Under the pieces are notes generated by a model. That model worked only from the letters and a program-made list of their open reading frames with translations, searched no databases and was not told the origin of the DNA. Below, piece by piece: positions 19,550-28,636 of a DNA stretch of 64,000 nt. Where the stretch lies: positions 64,497 through 128,496 of the forward strand of contig JASJHQ010000035.1 in the NCBI GenBank assembly GCA_037625715.1. Direction: 5' to 3'. A program made the position numbers and the translations under genes. Every line of letters starts with the position of its first letter. The first letter of the stretch is position 1. The DNA comes from Flavobacteriales bacterium (GTDB lineage: Bacteria > Bacteroidota > Bacteroidia > Flavobacteriales > UBA7312).

Positions 19550-20125
19550 CTATACTTTTTTAAAGGATCTTATTAGAAAGAAAATAACTAATAACTCAAT
19601 TACTAATAATGGGAAATGAATTTGATATACTTTTATTTTATTGTCATAGAACAAGGGAAAATTTTCCATTGTTTTATAGAAGAAATAAGAAATTACCATT
19701 CCTAATAAATAACCGAATTGTTTAGCGGAATCTACTTTAGTTAAAACCTTTTCATTCCTAATAACTAATGTTTCAGCTCGTACTAAATAAGAGCCAAATA
19801 TAAAAGTTAGCTGATAGCCAATGTAAATACTAAGGGATGTGTAGATGTTATAAGAAAAAATAAGAAAGCCCATTACCATCAGTAAAACAACAATTTCAAC
19901 TAATAATGAGATTCTGAAAAAATAATATTCGTTTAGAATTTTATTGTAAAAATTCGCAATTATTAGAGTAGCGACAGCTAAAAAAATACCACCAGCAGAA
20001 AATAAAGAAGGGTCTAAAGTATCATATATAGTAAATACGGATCCTATTGAAACTCCCAGAAATAAAGAATTAAAAAACTTGTATAAAACAAATGAAAATG
20101 TGTCTAATTTTAGCTTTTGAAGCAT
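19550..20125 (-). CDS. hypothetical integral membrane protein
   Basis: 191 aa with about 5-6 hydrophobic segments. It has 1-nt gaps to both neighbours (gap upstream, tRNA methyltransferase downstream). No motif recognised. Confidence 0.5.
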   Translation of the reverse strand: MLQKLKLDTFSFVLYKFFNSLFLGVSIGSVFTIYDTLDPSLFSAGGIFLAVATLIIANFYNKILNEYYFFRISLLVEIVVLLMVMGFLIFSYNIYTSLSIYIGYQLTFIFGSYLVRAETLVIRNEKVLTKVDSAKQFGYLLGMVISYFFYKTMENFPLFYDNKIKVYQIHFPLLVIELLVIFFLIRSFKKV

Positions 20126-20126
20126 A

Positions 20127-21566
20127 TTAGTAGTAACATTTTCTTCTTACTTTAGCAATATATTTTGCTAACCTTACAACTTGCCTTGTATATCCGTACT
20201 CGTTGTCGTACCATACGTAGAGAACAATTGAATGACCGTCATTTGAAACCTGAGTAGCAGGACTATCATAAATTGATGCACAGCTATCTCCAACAATATC
20301 GCTAGAAACCAATTCGTTAGAAACAGAATATCTTATTTGTTCTATTAATTCTGAAGAATGAGCTGCTTTTCTAATTATATTATTTATTCCTTCAAGACTT
20401 GTTTTATTTTTAACATTTAGGTTCAGTATAACCAATGATCCGTTAGGCGTAGGAACTCTAATTGCGCTTGAGGTTAGTTTGTTGTTTAGCGATGGGATTG
20501 CTTTAGTAACTGCTTTTCCTGCGCCAGTTTCCGTAATTACCATGTTTAGGGCTGCTGCTCTTCCTCTTCGGTATTTACTATGCATATTGTCTACTAAGTT
20601 TTGATCATTAGTATATGCGTGAATAGTTTCGATATGTCCTTTTTCAATTTCTAGTTCTTTTTCTACTACTTCAAGAATAGGAGTAATTGCATTTGTAGTA
20701 CAAGAAGCAGCGGAGAAAATATGTTCGTTTTCAATATCTACATTGTGGTTTACTCCAAAAACAATATTTGGAATTCCTTTACCAGGTGCAGTTAATAAAA
20801 CCTTTGACACACCTTTAGATTGCAAATGTAGATTAAGTGCTTCTTTATCTCTAAATGCTCCAGTGTTGTCAATCACTAATGCATTATTGATGTTGTAATC
20901 GTTGTAATTTATTTCAGAAGGATTTTTGGCAGTTATAAAATGTATTGTTCTACCATTTATAATTAAAGAATTGTTTTCTGGGTCTTCAATAATTTCTGCA
21001 CTAAACTTACCATGAACAGAATCTGTTTTTAATAAAGAAGCTCTTTTAGTTATATCTTCAGCAGAGTTGCTTCTAGTAACAATAGCTCTTAATCTTAGTT
21101 GTCCGCCCGAACCTGCTTGAGAAAGCAATTCTCTAGCAACTAATCTCCCAATTCTACCAAATCCGTAAAGAACCACATCCTTTGGCTCTAGAGCTTTATT
21201 GTCTAAAAAATCAACAAGTTTTGATTTTACAAAGTCGTCAGTAGATTTGAAATTTGTTTTTTCATCATTCCACTGTACGGCTAGTTTGCCAATGTCAATT
21301 TTTCCGTATTTTATTTTTAAACCTAAAATTGCATTTGCAATTGCATAAGTATCTTGAACTGAAATGGTTTTTCCATTTGGAATTTGAGAATACTCATGTA
21401 GTTTTAAAATTTCTGTATTCGATTGATCTACAAGTTTATTTCTGAATAAAACTAACTCTGTTGAAAATTCTAATAACAAATTCCCGATCACGTTAGATAA
21501 GGATACGGCTGTTTTCTCTTTGATAATCCAATTATCGAGTTGTTGTTCGTAGTTTTGTATGTTCAT
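20127..21566 (-). CDS. gap: glyceraldehyde-3-phosphate dehydrogenase, long (~480 aa) form
   Basis: Carries GFGRIGR and the catalytic SAASCTTNAITP motif. The ORF track extends to 21638, but a TAAATTTG promoter box at about 21592-21599 lies inside that extension. I therefore prefer the internal ATG (MNIQNYEQQ...), giving 479 aa. Confidence 0.85.
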   Translation of the reverse strand: MNIQNYEQQLDNWIIKEKTAVSLSNVIGNLLLEFSTELVLFRNKLVDQSNTEILKLHEYSQIPNGKTISVQDTYAIANAILGLKIKYGKIDIGKLAVQWNDEKTNFKSTDDFVKSKLVDFLDNKALEPKDVVLYGFGRIGRLVARELLSQAGSGGQLRLRAIVTRSNSAEDITKRASLLKTDSVHGKFSAEIIEDPENNSLIINGRTIHFITAKNPSEINYNDYNINNALVIDNTGAFRDKEALNLHLQSKGVSKVLLTAPGKGIPNIVFGVNHNVDIENEHIFSAASCTTNAITPILEVVEKELEIEKGHIETIHAYTNDQNLVDNMHSKYRRGRAAALNMVITETGAGKAVTKAIPSLNNKLTSSAIRVPTPNGSLVILNLNVKNKTSLEGINNIIRKAAHSSELIEQIRYSVSNELVSSDIVGDSCASIYDSPATQVSNDGHSIVLYVWYDNEYGYTRQVVRLAKYIAKVRRKCYY

Positions 21567-21591
21567 CAGGTTATTTGGTTTTATAAAATGC

Positions 21592-21599
21592 AAATTTAA
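21592..21599 (-). promoter_or_regulatory. -7 box TAAATTTG upstream of the gap internal start
   Basis: The plus strand reads caaattta, about 26 nt upstream of the MNIQ start codon and inside the N-terminal extension of the computed ORF. Coordinates could be off by one (see the rejected note on hand-reading this line). Confidence 0.4.
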
Positions 21600-21682
21600 T
21601 TTTTTTAATATCATTACTTTAATTTTTATAAAAAACATAGCTTAAATTATTAGTTCTTAATCTGATTGGTTAAATTTGAAAA

Positions 21683-22459
21683 ATGAATACTAAGTTTACT
21701 AAATATCAAGGAGCAGGTAATGATTTTGTTATTATTGATGATCGAAAAGAAATTTTTGACATTAATAATAATTTGATGATTAAGAAGATTTGTGACAGAA
21801 GATATGGAGTGGGAGCAGACGGATTAATTCTTCTTAAAAATCATTCTAAGTATGATTTTGAGATGATATATTTTAATGCTGATGGGTTTTTAGGATCTAT
21901 GTGTGGAAATGGAGGAAGGTGTATTGTCGATTTTGCTAAAAGTCTTTCAATATTCGACAAAGATTGTTCTTTTTTAGCTGCTGATGGATCGCATTATGCT
22001 AGCTGGAACCATCAAAATGTGTCCTTAAAAATGAATGATGTAAAGTTTATTGAAAGCAATAACGAATTCTCTTTTTTAGATACTGGTTCTCCACATTATG
22101 TAGAGCAAGTCGAAAATCTAGAAAAGATGGATGTATTTAAAAAAGGATCGGAAATAAGAAATAATGATCGATTCAAAAAAGAAGGGACGAATGTAAATTT
22201 CATTGAGTTAAAAGAGGGTGTTTTAAATATTAGAACTTTTGAAAGAGGGGTAGAAGATGAAACTCTAGCTTGCGGGACTGGTACAGTTGCTAGTGTATTA
22301 GCATTGCATAATTGGGGTATTAGTTTTGAAAGGCCTCTTTGTGTGAATGCTAAAGGAGGTAAATTAAAAGTTGATTTTAAATTTGAAAACAGAATTTATT
22401 CGGACGTATTTTTAATAGGTCCAGCTAATTCGGTTTATAAAGGAAATATAGAATGTTAA
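21683..22459 (+). CDS. dapF: diaminopimelate epimerase
   Basis: 258 aa with YQGAGNDFVIID and two catalytic Cys contexts (MCGNGGRC and LACGTGT). Confidence 0.92.
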   Translation: MNTKFTKYQGAGNDFVIIDDRKEIFDINNNLMIKKICDRRYGVGADGLILLKNHSKYDFEMIYFNADGFLGSMCGNGGRCIVDFAKSLSIFDKDCSFLAADGSHYASWNHQNVSLKMNDVKFIESNNEFSFLDTGSPHYVEQVENLEKMDVFKKGSEIRNNDRFKKEGTNVNFIELKEGVLNIRTFERGVEDETLACGTGTVASVLALHNWGISFERPLCVNAKGGKLKVDFKFENRIYSDVFLIGPANSVYKGNIEC

Positions 22460-22968
22460 AAGGAGAAAATATAAACATGAGAGCTTTAGAGCCCTCAGAT
22501 TTAGAATTGTTATACCAATGGGAAAATGATTCTTCTATCTGGAAGGTTAGTCAGACTTTAACGCCATATTCTAAACATATTTTAACTCAGTTTTTAGAAA
22601 CTGCCCACCTTGATATTTTCACTACAAAACAACTTAGGTTGATGATTATTAAAGAAGGTGTTTCTATTGGAACTATTGAGCTATTTGATTATGACCCAGT
22701 AAATTCTCGAGCTGGTATTGGTATTCTAATCGCTCAAGAGAATGAAAGAAGAAAGGGATATGCTAAAGAAGCGCTCGGATTAATGATCGAATATGCTTTC
22801 AAGCATTTAAAAATCAACCAATTATATTGCAATATTTCTTCTTCAAATAAGATAAGTTTAAACCTTTTTAGTTCCCTTGACTTCATTTTAGTAGGAGTAA
22901 AGAAAAAGTGGAATAAAACTAGTGTTGGTTGGGAGGATGAGTTATTATTTCAATTGTTGTGCGACTAG
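22453..22968 (+). CDS. GNAT family N-acetyltransferase (RimJ/RimL-like)
   Basis: 171 aa with the acetyl-CoA binding region RRKGYAKEAL. It overlaps dapF by 7 nt. Confidence 0.7.
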   Translation: MLKGENINMRALEPSDLELLYQWENDSSIWKVSQTLTPYSKHILTQFLETAHLDIFTTKQLRLMIIKEGVSIGTIELFDYDPVNSRAGIGILIAQENERRKGYAKEALGLMIEYAFKHLKINQLYCNISSSNKISLNLFSSLDFILVGVKKKWNKTSVGWEDELLFQLLCD

Positions 22969-24827
22969 TATATATAACTTTCATATCGCTTTTTCTTGCC
23001 TATTGTAACAACCCTAAGGTTGAGCCTTTAGATAGTCCGTATTTAAATCATGCAGATTCGGTTTCTTATGTTGGTATTGAAACTTGTATGCAATGCCACT
23101 ACGATATTTATGAAACCTATATTGAAACAGGTATGGGTAAGTCTTTTTCATTGGCAACCAAAGAAAACAGTCATCTTTTACTTGAAAAGACAACATTTAT
23201 TGTCGATACCTTTAATAATTTTTCTTATTACCCATATTGGAAGGATGATACTCTGTTTTTAGAGGAAAAATACAAGAACTTTAGTAGGGAAGAAGTAGTA
23301 GACTATATAATTGGTTCTGGTCACCATACTAACTCTCATTTATGGTCTGAAAACGGATATGTGCATCAAATGCCTTTTACTTACTATACACAAGACAGCA
23401 TATTGGATTTTCCTCCAGGATTTGAAAACAATTATAACAGTAGGTTTTCAAGGTCTATTGGTTTAGAGTGTATGAGCTGCCATAATGCAATGCCCGAATT
23501 TGTTTTGGGATCTGAAAATAAGTTTGATAAAGTTGATCATGGAATTGACTGCGAAAGATGCCATGGTCCTGGTGAAATACACGTTCGAAATGTAACAAAT
23601 GGAATACTTGTCGATACCAGTAAATATATAGATTACTCAATAGTCAATCCTTCCAAATTACCATTAGAAAAACAATTTCAAATTTGTATGCGTTGTCATT
23701 TACAAGGGAACACAGTTTTGTCACAAGGAAAAAGTTTTTACGACTTTAAGCCTGGAATGGAACTTTCTGATATAATGACTGTTTTTGTTCCTAAATATGA
23801 AGATGACGAAACATTCATAATGGCTTCTCATGTAGACAGACTAAAGCAAAGTTCTTGTTTTCAAGAGTCAGAAGATATGAGTTGCATTAGTTGTCACAAT
23901 CCTCATCACACTGTTCAGAAGACATCGCCTAACTTCTTTAATGACAAGTGTTTAAGCTGTCATTCGGATTGCTCTGAGCCAGAAAGAGTATCCAATAACT
24001 GCATCGAATGTCATATGCCTAAATCTTCTACTATTGACATTCCACATGTCTCTATTAGTGACCATAAAATAGGTATTCATTATAAAGATAGCACAAAGTC
24101 GGTAAAGGGAAAATTCATTGGTTTGAAATCTATAAACAATGATAGCCCTAGTGATGAGATTTTTGCAAAAGCATACTTATCTCAATTTGAGAAATTCGAC
24201 TCTTCACCATACCTATTAGATTCCGCATTTAATTATATCCAAAAACTAGATGTGTATACTAGTTATCATACATACCTTCATTATTATTTTCTGTCAAATG
24301 ATTTTAAATCGATATTAAACTTAGTTAACGCAATACCAAACATATTAGATAGCCTTAAGTCCCAGGATTATCAGAATATTGACGCTTGGACTGCATATAG
24401 GATAGGTGAAGCGTATGGTAAGTTTTATTTATACGATTCGTCCTTAAAGTTCTATGAAAAATCTTGTGAACTTGCACCATTTGTTATCGATTTCAATTTA
24501 AAATTAGCGGATGTTTATTTCAATCTAAATGAACTCGATTTAGCTCAAAAACAGTATGAGTATATTATAGGTGAATTTTCTAAGAACGAAATAGCATTTT
24601 GTAATTTAGCATATGTTTTAATGTCTAAAGGAGAGATGGATAAAGCAATGAAATACCTGATTAAAGCACAAGAAATTAATCCAAGACATATTCAGACTCT
24701 TTTAAACATTGCGTCTTGCAATATGTTTGACAATAATGTTAAATTAGCGAAACAAAATTTATTAGAAGTGTTGGAAATAGATTCGAATAATTCTAAAGCA
24801 ATTTATTTACTTGATCAAATCAAATGA
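22959..24827 (+). CDS. multihaem (seven CXXCH) c-type cytochrome with C-terminal TPR repeats, probable lipoprotein
   Basis: 622 aa with a GTG start. The haem-binding motifs are CMQCH, CMSCH, CERCH, CMRCH, CISCH, CLSCH and CIECH. The N-terminus FISLFLAYC is lipobox-like, and the C-terminal third is TPR-like. Confidence 0.75.
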   Translation: MRLVYITFISLFLAYCNNPKVEPLDSPYLNHADSVSYVGIETCMQCHYDIYETYIETGMGKSFSLATKENSHLLLEKTTFIVDTFNNFSYYPYWKDDTLFLEEKYKNFSREEVVDYIIGSGHHTNSHLWSENGYVHQMPFTYYTQDSILDFPPGFENNYNSRFSRSIGLECMSCHNAMPEFVLGSENKFDKVDHGIDCERCHGPGEIHVRNVTNGILVDTSKYIDYSIVNPSKLPLEKQFQICMRCHLQGNTVLSQGKSFYDFKPGMELSDIMTVFVPKYEDDETFIMASHVDRLKQSSCFQESEDMSCISCHNPHHTVQKTSPNFFNDKCLSCHSDCSEPERVSNNCIECHMPKSSTIDIPHVSISDHKIGIHYKDSTKSVKGKFIGLKSINNDSPSDEIFAKAYLSQFEKFDSSPYLLDSAFNYIQKLDVYTSYHTYLHYYFLSNDFKSILNLVNAIPNILDSLKSQDYQNIDAWTAYRIGEAYGKFYLYDSSLKFYEKSCELAPFVIDFNLKLADVYFNLNELDLAQKQYEYIIGEFSKNEIAFCNLAYVLMSKGEMDKAMKYLIKAQEINPRHIQTLLNIASCNMFDNNVKLAKQNLLEVLEIDSNNSKAIYLLDQIK

Positions 24828-25876
24828 AAAAGAAGGCCCCTTTTCTAAAAAAATTCTTTTGGAGTCTAATCTTCATCCTAATCTTAAGTGGACTATTAAA
24901 AGCTTATGATTTTTACGATAAGATTTATCATTCAAACGTAACCCTAGAATACAAAACGGAATTAGAATTATTTATTCCTTCCAACGCTACCTTTCAAGAT
25001 GTAGTTACCTTGCTTGATGAGCAAGGTGTCTTGTCAAATGTTCCCTCTTTTGTATGGACTGCTAAGCAAAAAAAATACACTCAAAAAATTAAGCCTGGTC
25101 GTTATCTCATAAGAAACGGAATGAGTAATAACGATTTAGTTAATTTGTTGAGATCGGGTAGTCAAACCCCTGTTAACGTAACCTTTAATAATGTTAGAAC
25201 ACTAGAGCAATTTTCTTCTATCATATCAAAACAATTAGAGCTTGATTCATTGGATTTATACAATGCCTTTAGAGATAGCACTTTTTTAAGTTCTGTAAAA
25301 CTTAATAAATATAGTGTAGTTTCATTATTCCTTCCAAATACGTATGAGTTTTATTGGAATGTATCATTAGAAAACTTCATGTCTAGAATGGTTTCAGAGA
25401 ATTACAGGTTTTGGACTAAAGAAAGATTGAATAAGGCTAAAAGAATAGGTTTGTCGCCTTCTGAAGTTTCTACTTTGGCTTCTATAGTTCAAAAAGAAAC
25501 ACTTAAAAGGGATGAGCAACCAATTGTAGCTGGTTTGTACTTAAACAGATTAAACAAAAGAATGAAGTTGGAGTCTGACCCTACGGTTATATTTGCATTA
25601 AATAATTTTAATATTAAAAGAGTTTTGGATAAGGATACTAAGTTTAAATCCCCTTACAATACGTATTTAAATAGGGGGCTTCCTCCGGGACCAATTACTA
25701 TCCCATCAATTCGTGCTTTAGATTCTGTTTTGAATAACGAAAAACACGATTATATTTTTATGTGTGCAAAAGAGGATTTTTCGGGTTATCATAATTTTGC
25801 AGTAAATTATACTCAGCACTTAAGAAATGCTAAGAAATATAGAACTGCTCTAAATAATAAAGGAATAAAAAGATGA
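24824..25876 (+). CDS. mltG: endolytic murein transglycosylase MltG (YceG family)
   Basis: 350 aa with an N-terminal TM anchor, YceG-like conservation (LASIVQKE, DPTVIFAL) and a C-terminal LPPGPI motif. Confidence 0.85.
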   Translation: MKKKAPFLKKFFWSLIFILILSGLLKAYDFYDKIYHSNVTLEYKTELELFIPSNATFQDVVTLLDEQGVLSNVPSFVWTAKQKKYTQKIKPGRYLIRNGMSNNDLVNLLRSGSQTPVNVTFNNVRTLEQFSSIISKQLELDSLDLYNAFRDSTFLSSVKLNKYSVVSLFLPNTYEFYWNVSLENFMSRMVSENYRFWTKERLNKAKRIGLSPSEVSTLASIVQKETLKRDEQPIVAGLYLNRLNKRMKLESDPTVIFALNNFNIKRVLDKDTKFKSPYNTYLNRGLPPGPITIPSIRALDSVLNNEKHDYIFMCAKEDFSGYHNFAVNYTQHLRNAKKYRTALNNKGIKR

Positions 25877-27261
25877 AAATTAAATTTGGTACAGACGGAT
25901 GGCGAGCTATAATAGCTAAAGAATACACGGTTGACAACGTAGCAAGAGTTTCTATTGCTTGTGGCTTGTGGTTGAAAAAGAAATTTGACAATCCGTCAGT
26001 TGTAATTGGTTATGATACTAGGTTTGGAGGTTTGCTATTTGCTCAAACAACAGCAAATATTCTTTCTTCTATGAATATTAAGGTTTATTTGGCCGACAGC
26101 TTTGTATCAACTCCTATGGTCTCTTTAGGTGTTTTAAGCCAAGAAGCTTCTTTAGGAATAGTAATTACTGCTAGCCACAATCCCCACACTTACAACGGCT
26201 TTAAACTCAAGGGAGATTTTGGTGGACCATTACTCCCTGATGATATTCAAGATGTGGAAGATTTGATTCCTGATTTAAATCATTTAGATATTGATTCTTT
26301 AGATGATAAAAATGTTGAATCGGTAAATCTAGAAGAGCAATACCTAAATAGAGCCCAACAATTTTTTGATTTAGATGCGATAGAAAATTCAGGACTAAAT
26401 TTAGTTTATGATTCTATGTTCGGAGCAGGTCAAAGAGCTATTCCAGCACTTTTGCCATCTACTACTTTATTACATTGTGTAAATAATCCAGGTTTTAACG
26501 GAATTGCTCCAGAGCCAATCCATAGAAACTTATTAGAGCTTTCTGAGTACATAAAAAACGTAGGAGATGTCGATTGCGCTTTAGCTACTGATGGAGATGC
26601 TGATAGAATTGGTCTTTATAATTCCAAGGGTGAGTTTATAGATTCTCACCACTTAATTCTTCTTCTAATTCATTATTTGGTGAAGTACAAAGGAATGAGT
26701 GGAAAGGTAGTAACTGCTTTTTCTTGTTCTGTTAAAGTAGCAAAGCTTTGTAAACATTATAATTTAGACCATCAAATTGTAAAGGTTGGTTTTAAATATG
26801 TAGCAGGAGTGATGCTTGAAGAAGATTGTTTGCTTGGAGGAGAAGAGTCAGGTGGAGTTGCTATTAAAGGTCATATTCCTGAAAGAGATGGTATTTGGAT
26901 GGGATTAGTTATCTGGGAGTATATGGCTAAATCGGGTAAAAGTATCGAAAGTTTAATACAAGAAGTTTATGATATAGTTGGTGAATTTGCTTTTGAACGT
27001 ATTGATCTTCATTTAGATAACGATAAGAAAGAAAAGATTGTTGAGAATTGTAAAAATGGAGTTTACGAATCTTTTGGTGACTTAAAAATTGAAAGGATAG
27101 AAAATATAGATGGTTATAAATTCTATTTTGATGAAAATAGTTGGATAATGATAAGAGCATCCGGAACAGAGCCAGTATTAAGAACCTATGCAGAAGCTAA
27201 AACTCAAGCAAAGTGCTTTGAGATTTTAGATAAAGTTCATAAAAGTCTTTTGCAAGAATAA
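25873..27261 (+). CDS. phosphoglucomutase/phosphomannomutase family protein
   Basis: 462 aa with FGTDGWR, the phosphoserine loop TASHNPHTYNGFK, the Mg site ATDGDADR and GEESGG. Confidence 0.88.
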   Translation: MKIKFGTDGWRAIIAKEYTVDNVARVSIACGLWLKKKFDNPSVVIGYDTRFGGLLFAQTTANILSSMNIKVYLADSFVSTPMVSLGVLSQEASLGIVITASHNPHTYNGFKLKGDFGGPLLPDDIQDVEDLIPDLNHLDIDSLDDKNVESVNLEEQYLNRAQQFFDLDAIENSGLNLVYDSMFGAGQRAIPALLPSTTLLHCVNNPGFNGIAPEPIHRNLLELSEYIKNVGDVDCALATDGDADRIGLYNSKGEFIDSHHLILLLIHYLVKYKGMSGKVVTAFSCSVKVAKLCKHYNLDHQIVKVGFKYVAGVMLEEDCLLGGEESGGVAIKGHIPERDGIWMGLVIWEYMAKSGKSIESLIQEVYDIVGEFAFERIDLHLDNDKKEKIVENCKNGVYESFGDLKIERIENIDGYKFYFDENSWIMIRASGTEPVLRTYAEAKTQAKCFEILDKVHKSLLQE

Positions 27262-27296
27262 AAAAAAAGCCCTTTCATATCGAAAGGGCTTTTTTT
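27262..27296. terminator. bidirectional intrinsic terminator between the PGM/PMM gene (+) and the peroxiredoxin gene (-)
   Basis: An 8-bp stem (gccctttc 27269-27276 pairs with gaaagggc 27282-27289) with a 5-nt loop, flanked by an A8 tract and a T7 tract. Confidence 0.88.
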
Positions 27297-27309
27297 AATA
27301 GATTATTTC

Positions 27310-27939
27310 TTAGTGTTTCGATAGATAGTCTGCAACACCTGCAAAGTTTTCTTTCATAGCATCATCACCCTTCTTCCAGTTTGCTGGACAAACTTCACCA
27401 TTTTCTTCAAAATGTTGTAAAGCATCAATCATTCTGATAGCTTCTTCTACATTTCTTCCTAATGGGAAATTATTTACAATTTGATGCTGAACAACTCCGT
27501 TTATATCAATCAAGAATAATCCTCTGAATGCAATCATAGGGCCTTCTGATTCTAATTCGTCATCATCATTGATGAAGTAATCACCAGCTAAAACACCAAA
27601 GTTTTCAGCGATTGTTTTAGAAACATCAGCAACTAAAGGATATGTAATACCATTGATTCCACCTTTTTCTTTAGGAACTTGTAGCCAACCCCAGTGACTT
27701 TCAGCAGTATCTGTAGAACAAGCTACTACTTTTACGCCTCTAGATTCAAAATCTTCAAGACGACTTTGAAAAGCATGTAATTCAGAAGGACAAACAAAAG
27801 TAAAGTCTTTAGGATAAAAGAAAAACAAAACAGGATTTTTACCTACGAATTGATCAAGAGAGAAATCTTTTACCAAATCTCCGCCGTTTAATACTGCTCC
27901 TGCAGAAAATGAAGGAGCTTTTTTACCAACTAATACCAT
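27310..27939 (-). CDS. 2-Cys peroxiredoxin (AhpC/Tsa family)
   Basis: 209 aa with the peroxidatic Cys context DFTFVCPSEL and the resolving Cys context GEVCPANW. Confidence 0.92.
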   Translation of the reverse strand: MVLVGKKAPSFSAGAVLNGGDLVKDFSLDQFVGKNPVLFFFYPKDFTFVCPSELHAFQSRLEDFESRGVKVVACSTDTAESHWGWLQVPKEKGGINGITYPLVADVSKTIAENFGVLAGDYFINDDDELESEGPMIAFRGLFLIDINGVVQHQIVNNFPLGRNVEEAIRMIDALQHFEENGEVCPANWKKGDDAMKENFAGVADYLSKH

Positions 27940-27965
27940 TTTTTATTATTTTAAAATTTAAGGAA

Positions 27966-27973
27966 CAAAGTTA
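27966..27973 (-). promoter_or_regulatory. -7 box TAACTTTG upstream of the peroxiredoxin gene
   Basis: The plus strand reads caaagtta, 27 nt upstream of the ATG at 27939. Confidence 0.4.
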
Positions 27974-28015
27974 ACTAAATCATCACTAATATCACGCGCT
28001 CCAAACACTAATCTT

Positions 28016-28573
28016 TCAGACTTCGTTATATCTAAAACAATCGGTTGTATGGTCGTTGATTATACCTGCTGCTTGTAACATAGCATAACAAATAGTACTG
28101 CCCATAAATTTAAAACCTCTTTTTTTGAGATCACCACTTATTTTGTCCGATAAATTTGTTTTTGCTGGAAGATCACTCATTTTGTTAGCTGTGTTTTTTA
28201 TTGTTTTGTTATTTGTAAATGACCAAATGTACTTGTTGAAGGACTCAAATTCTTTTTGAATTTCCATAAATGCCTTTGCATTAGAAACAGTAGAGCGAAT
28301 TTTTAGCTTATTTCGAATTATTCCTTTGTCTTCCATTAATTCTAACATTCTAATTTCTTTCATTTTTGAAACTTTTTTTACGTCGAAATTGAAAAATGCT
28401 TTCCTAAAACCTTCTCTTTTATGCAGTATGGTTTTCCAACTTAGTCCGGCTTGAAATGATTCTAAAACAATAAATTCGAACCACTTATGATCGTCCTTAA
28501 CAGGAACTCCCCATTCTTGGTCGTGGTAAATAATCATAAGTGGGTCTTTTCCAGTCCATTGACATCTTTTCAT
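28016..28573 (-). CDS. tag: DNA-3-methyladenine glycosylase I
   Basis: 185 aa with RCQW...YHDQEWGVP and other Tag-family features. Confidence 0.88.
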   Translation of the reverse strand: MKRCQWTGKDPLMIIYHDQEWGVPVKDDHKWFEFIVLESFQAGLSWKTILHKREGFRKAFFNFDVKKVSKMKEIRMLELMEDKGIIRNKLKIRSTVSNAKAFMEIQKEFESFNKYIWSFTNNKTIKNTANKMSDLPAKTNLSDKISGDLKKRGFKFMGSTICYAMLQAAGIINDHTTDCFRYNEV

Positions 28574-28636
28574 TTTTCAATAAATTTCTTAAAGTTTTTA
28601 CTAAAATAACGATATTAGCATTAAATAATTATAGCA

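Noticed and set aside
21540-21607. Apparent compensating +1/-1 frame offset when I hand-translated this stretch of the gap gene across two T-runs
   Set aside because: The computed ORF track shows one uninterrupted frame from 20127 to 21638. I therefore attribute the discrepancy to my manual reading of homopolymer runs at line boundaries. A simple re-translation of 21480-21640 would settle it.
21567-21638. 24-codon N-terminal extension of the GAPDH ORF (MFFIKIKVMILKKLNLHFIKPNNL)
   Set aside because: It is an AT-rich, low-complexity translation of what looks like promoter DNA and contains a TAAATTTG box. The internal ATG gives a sensible N-terminus.
21671-21678. TAAATTTG box 5 nt upstream of the dapF ATG
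   Set aside because: It is too close to the start codon to serve as a normal -7 element unless the mRNA is leaderless. Without TSS data I did not annotate it as a promoter.
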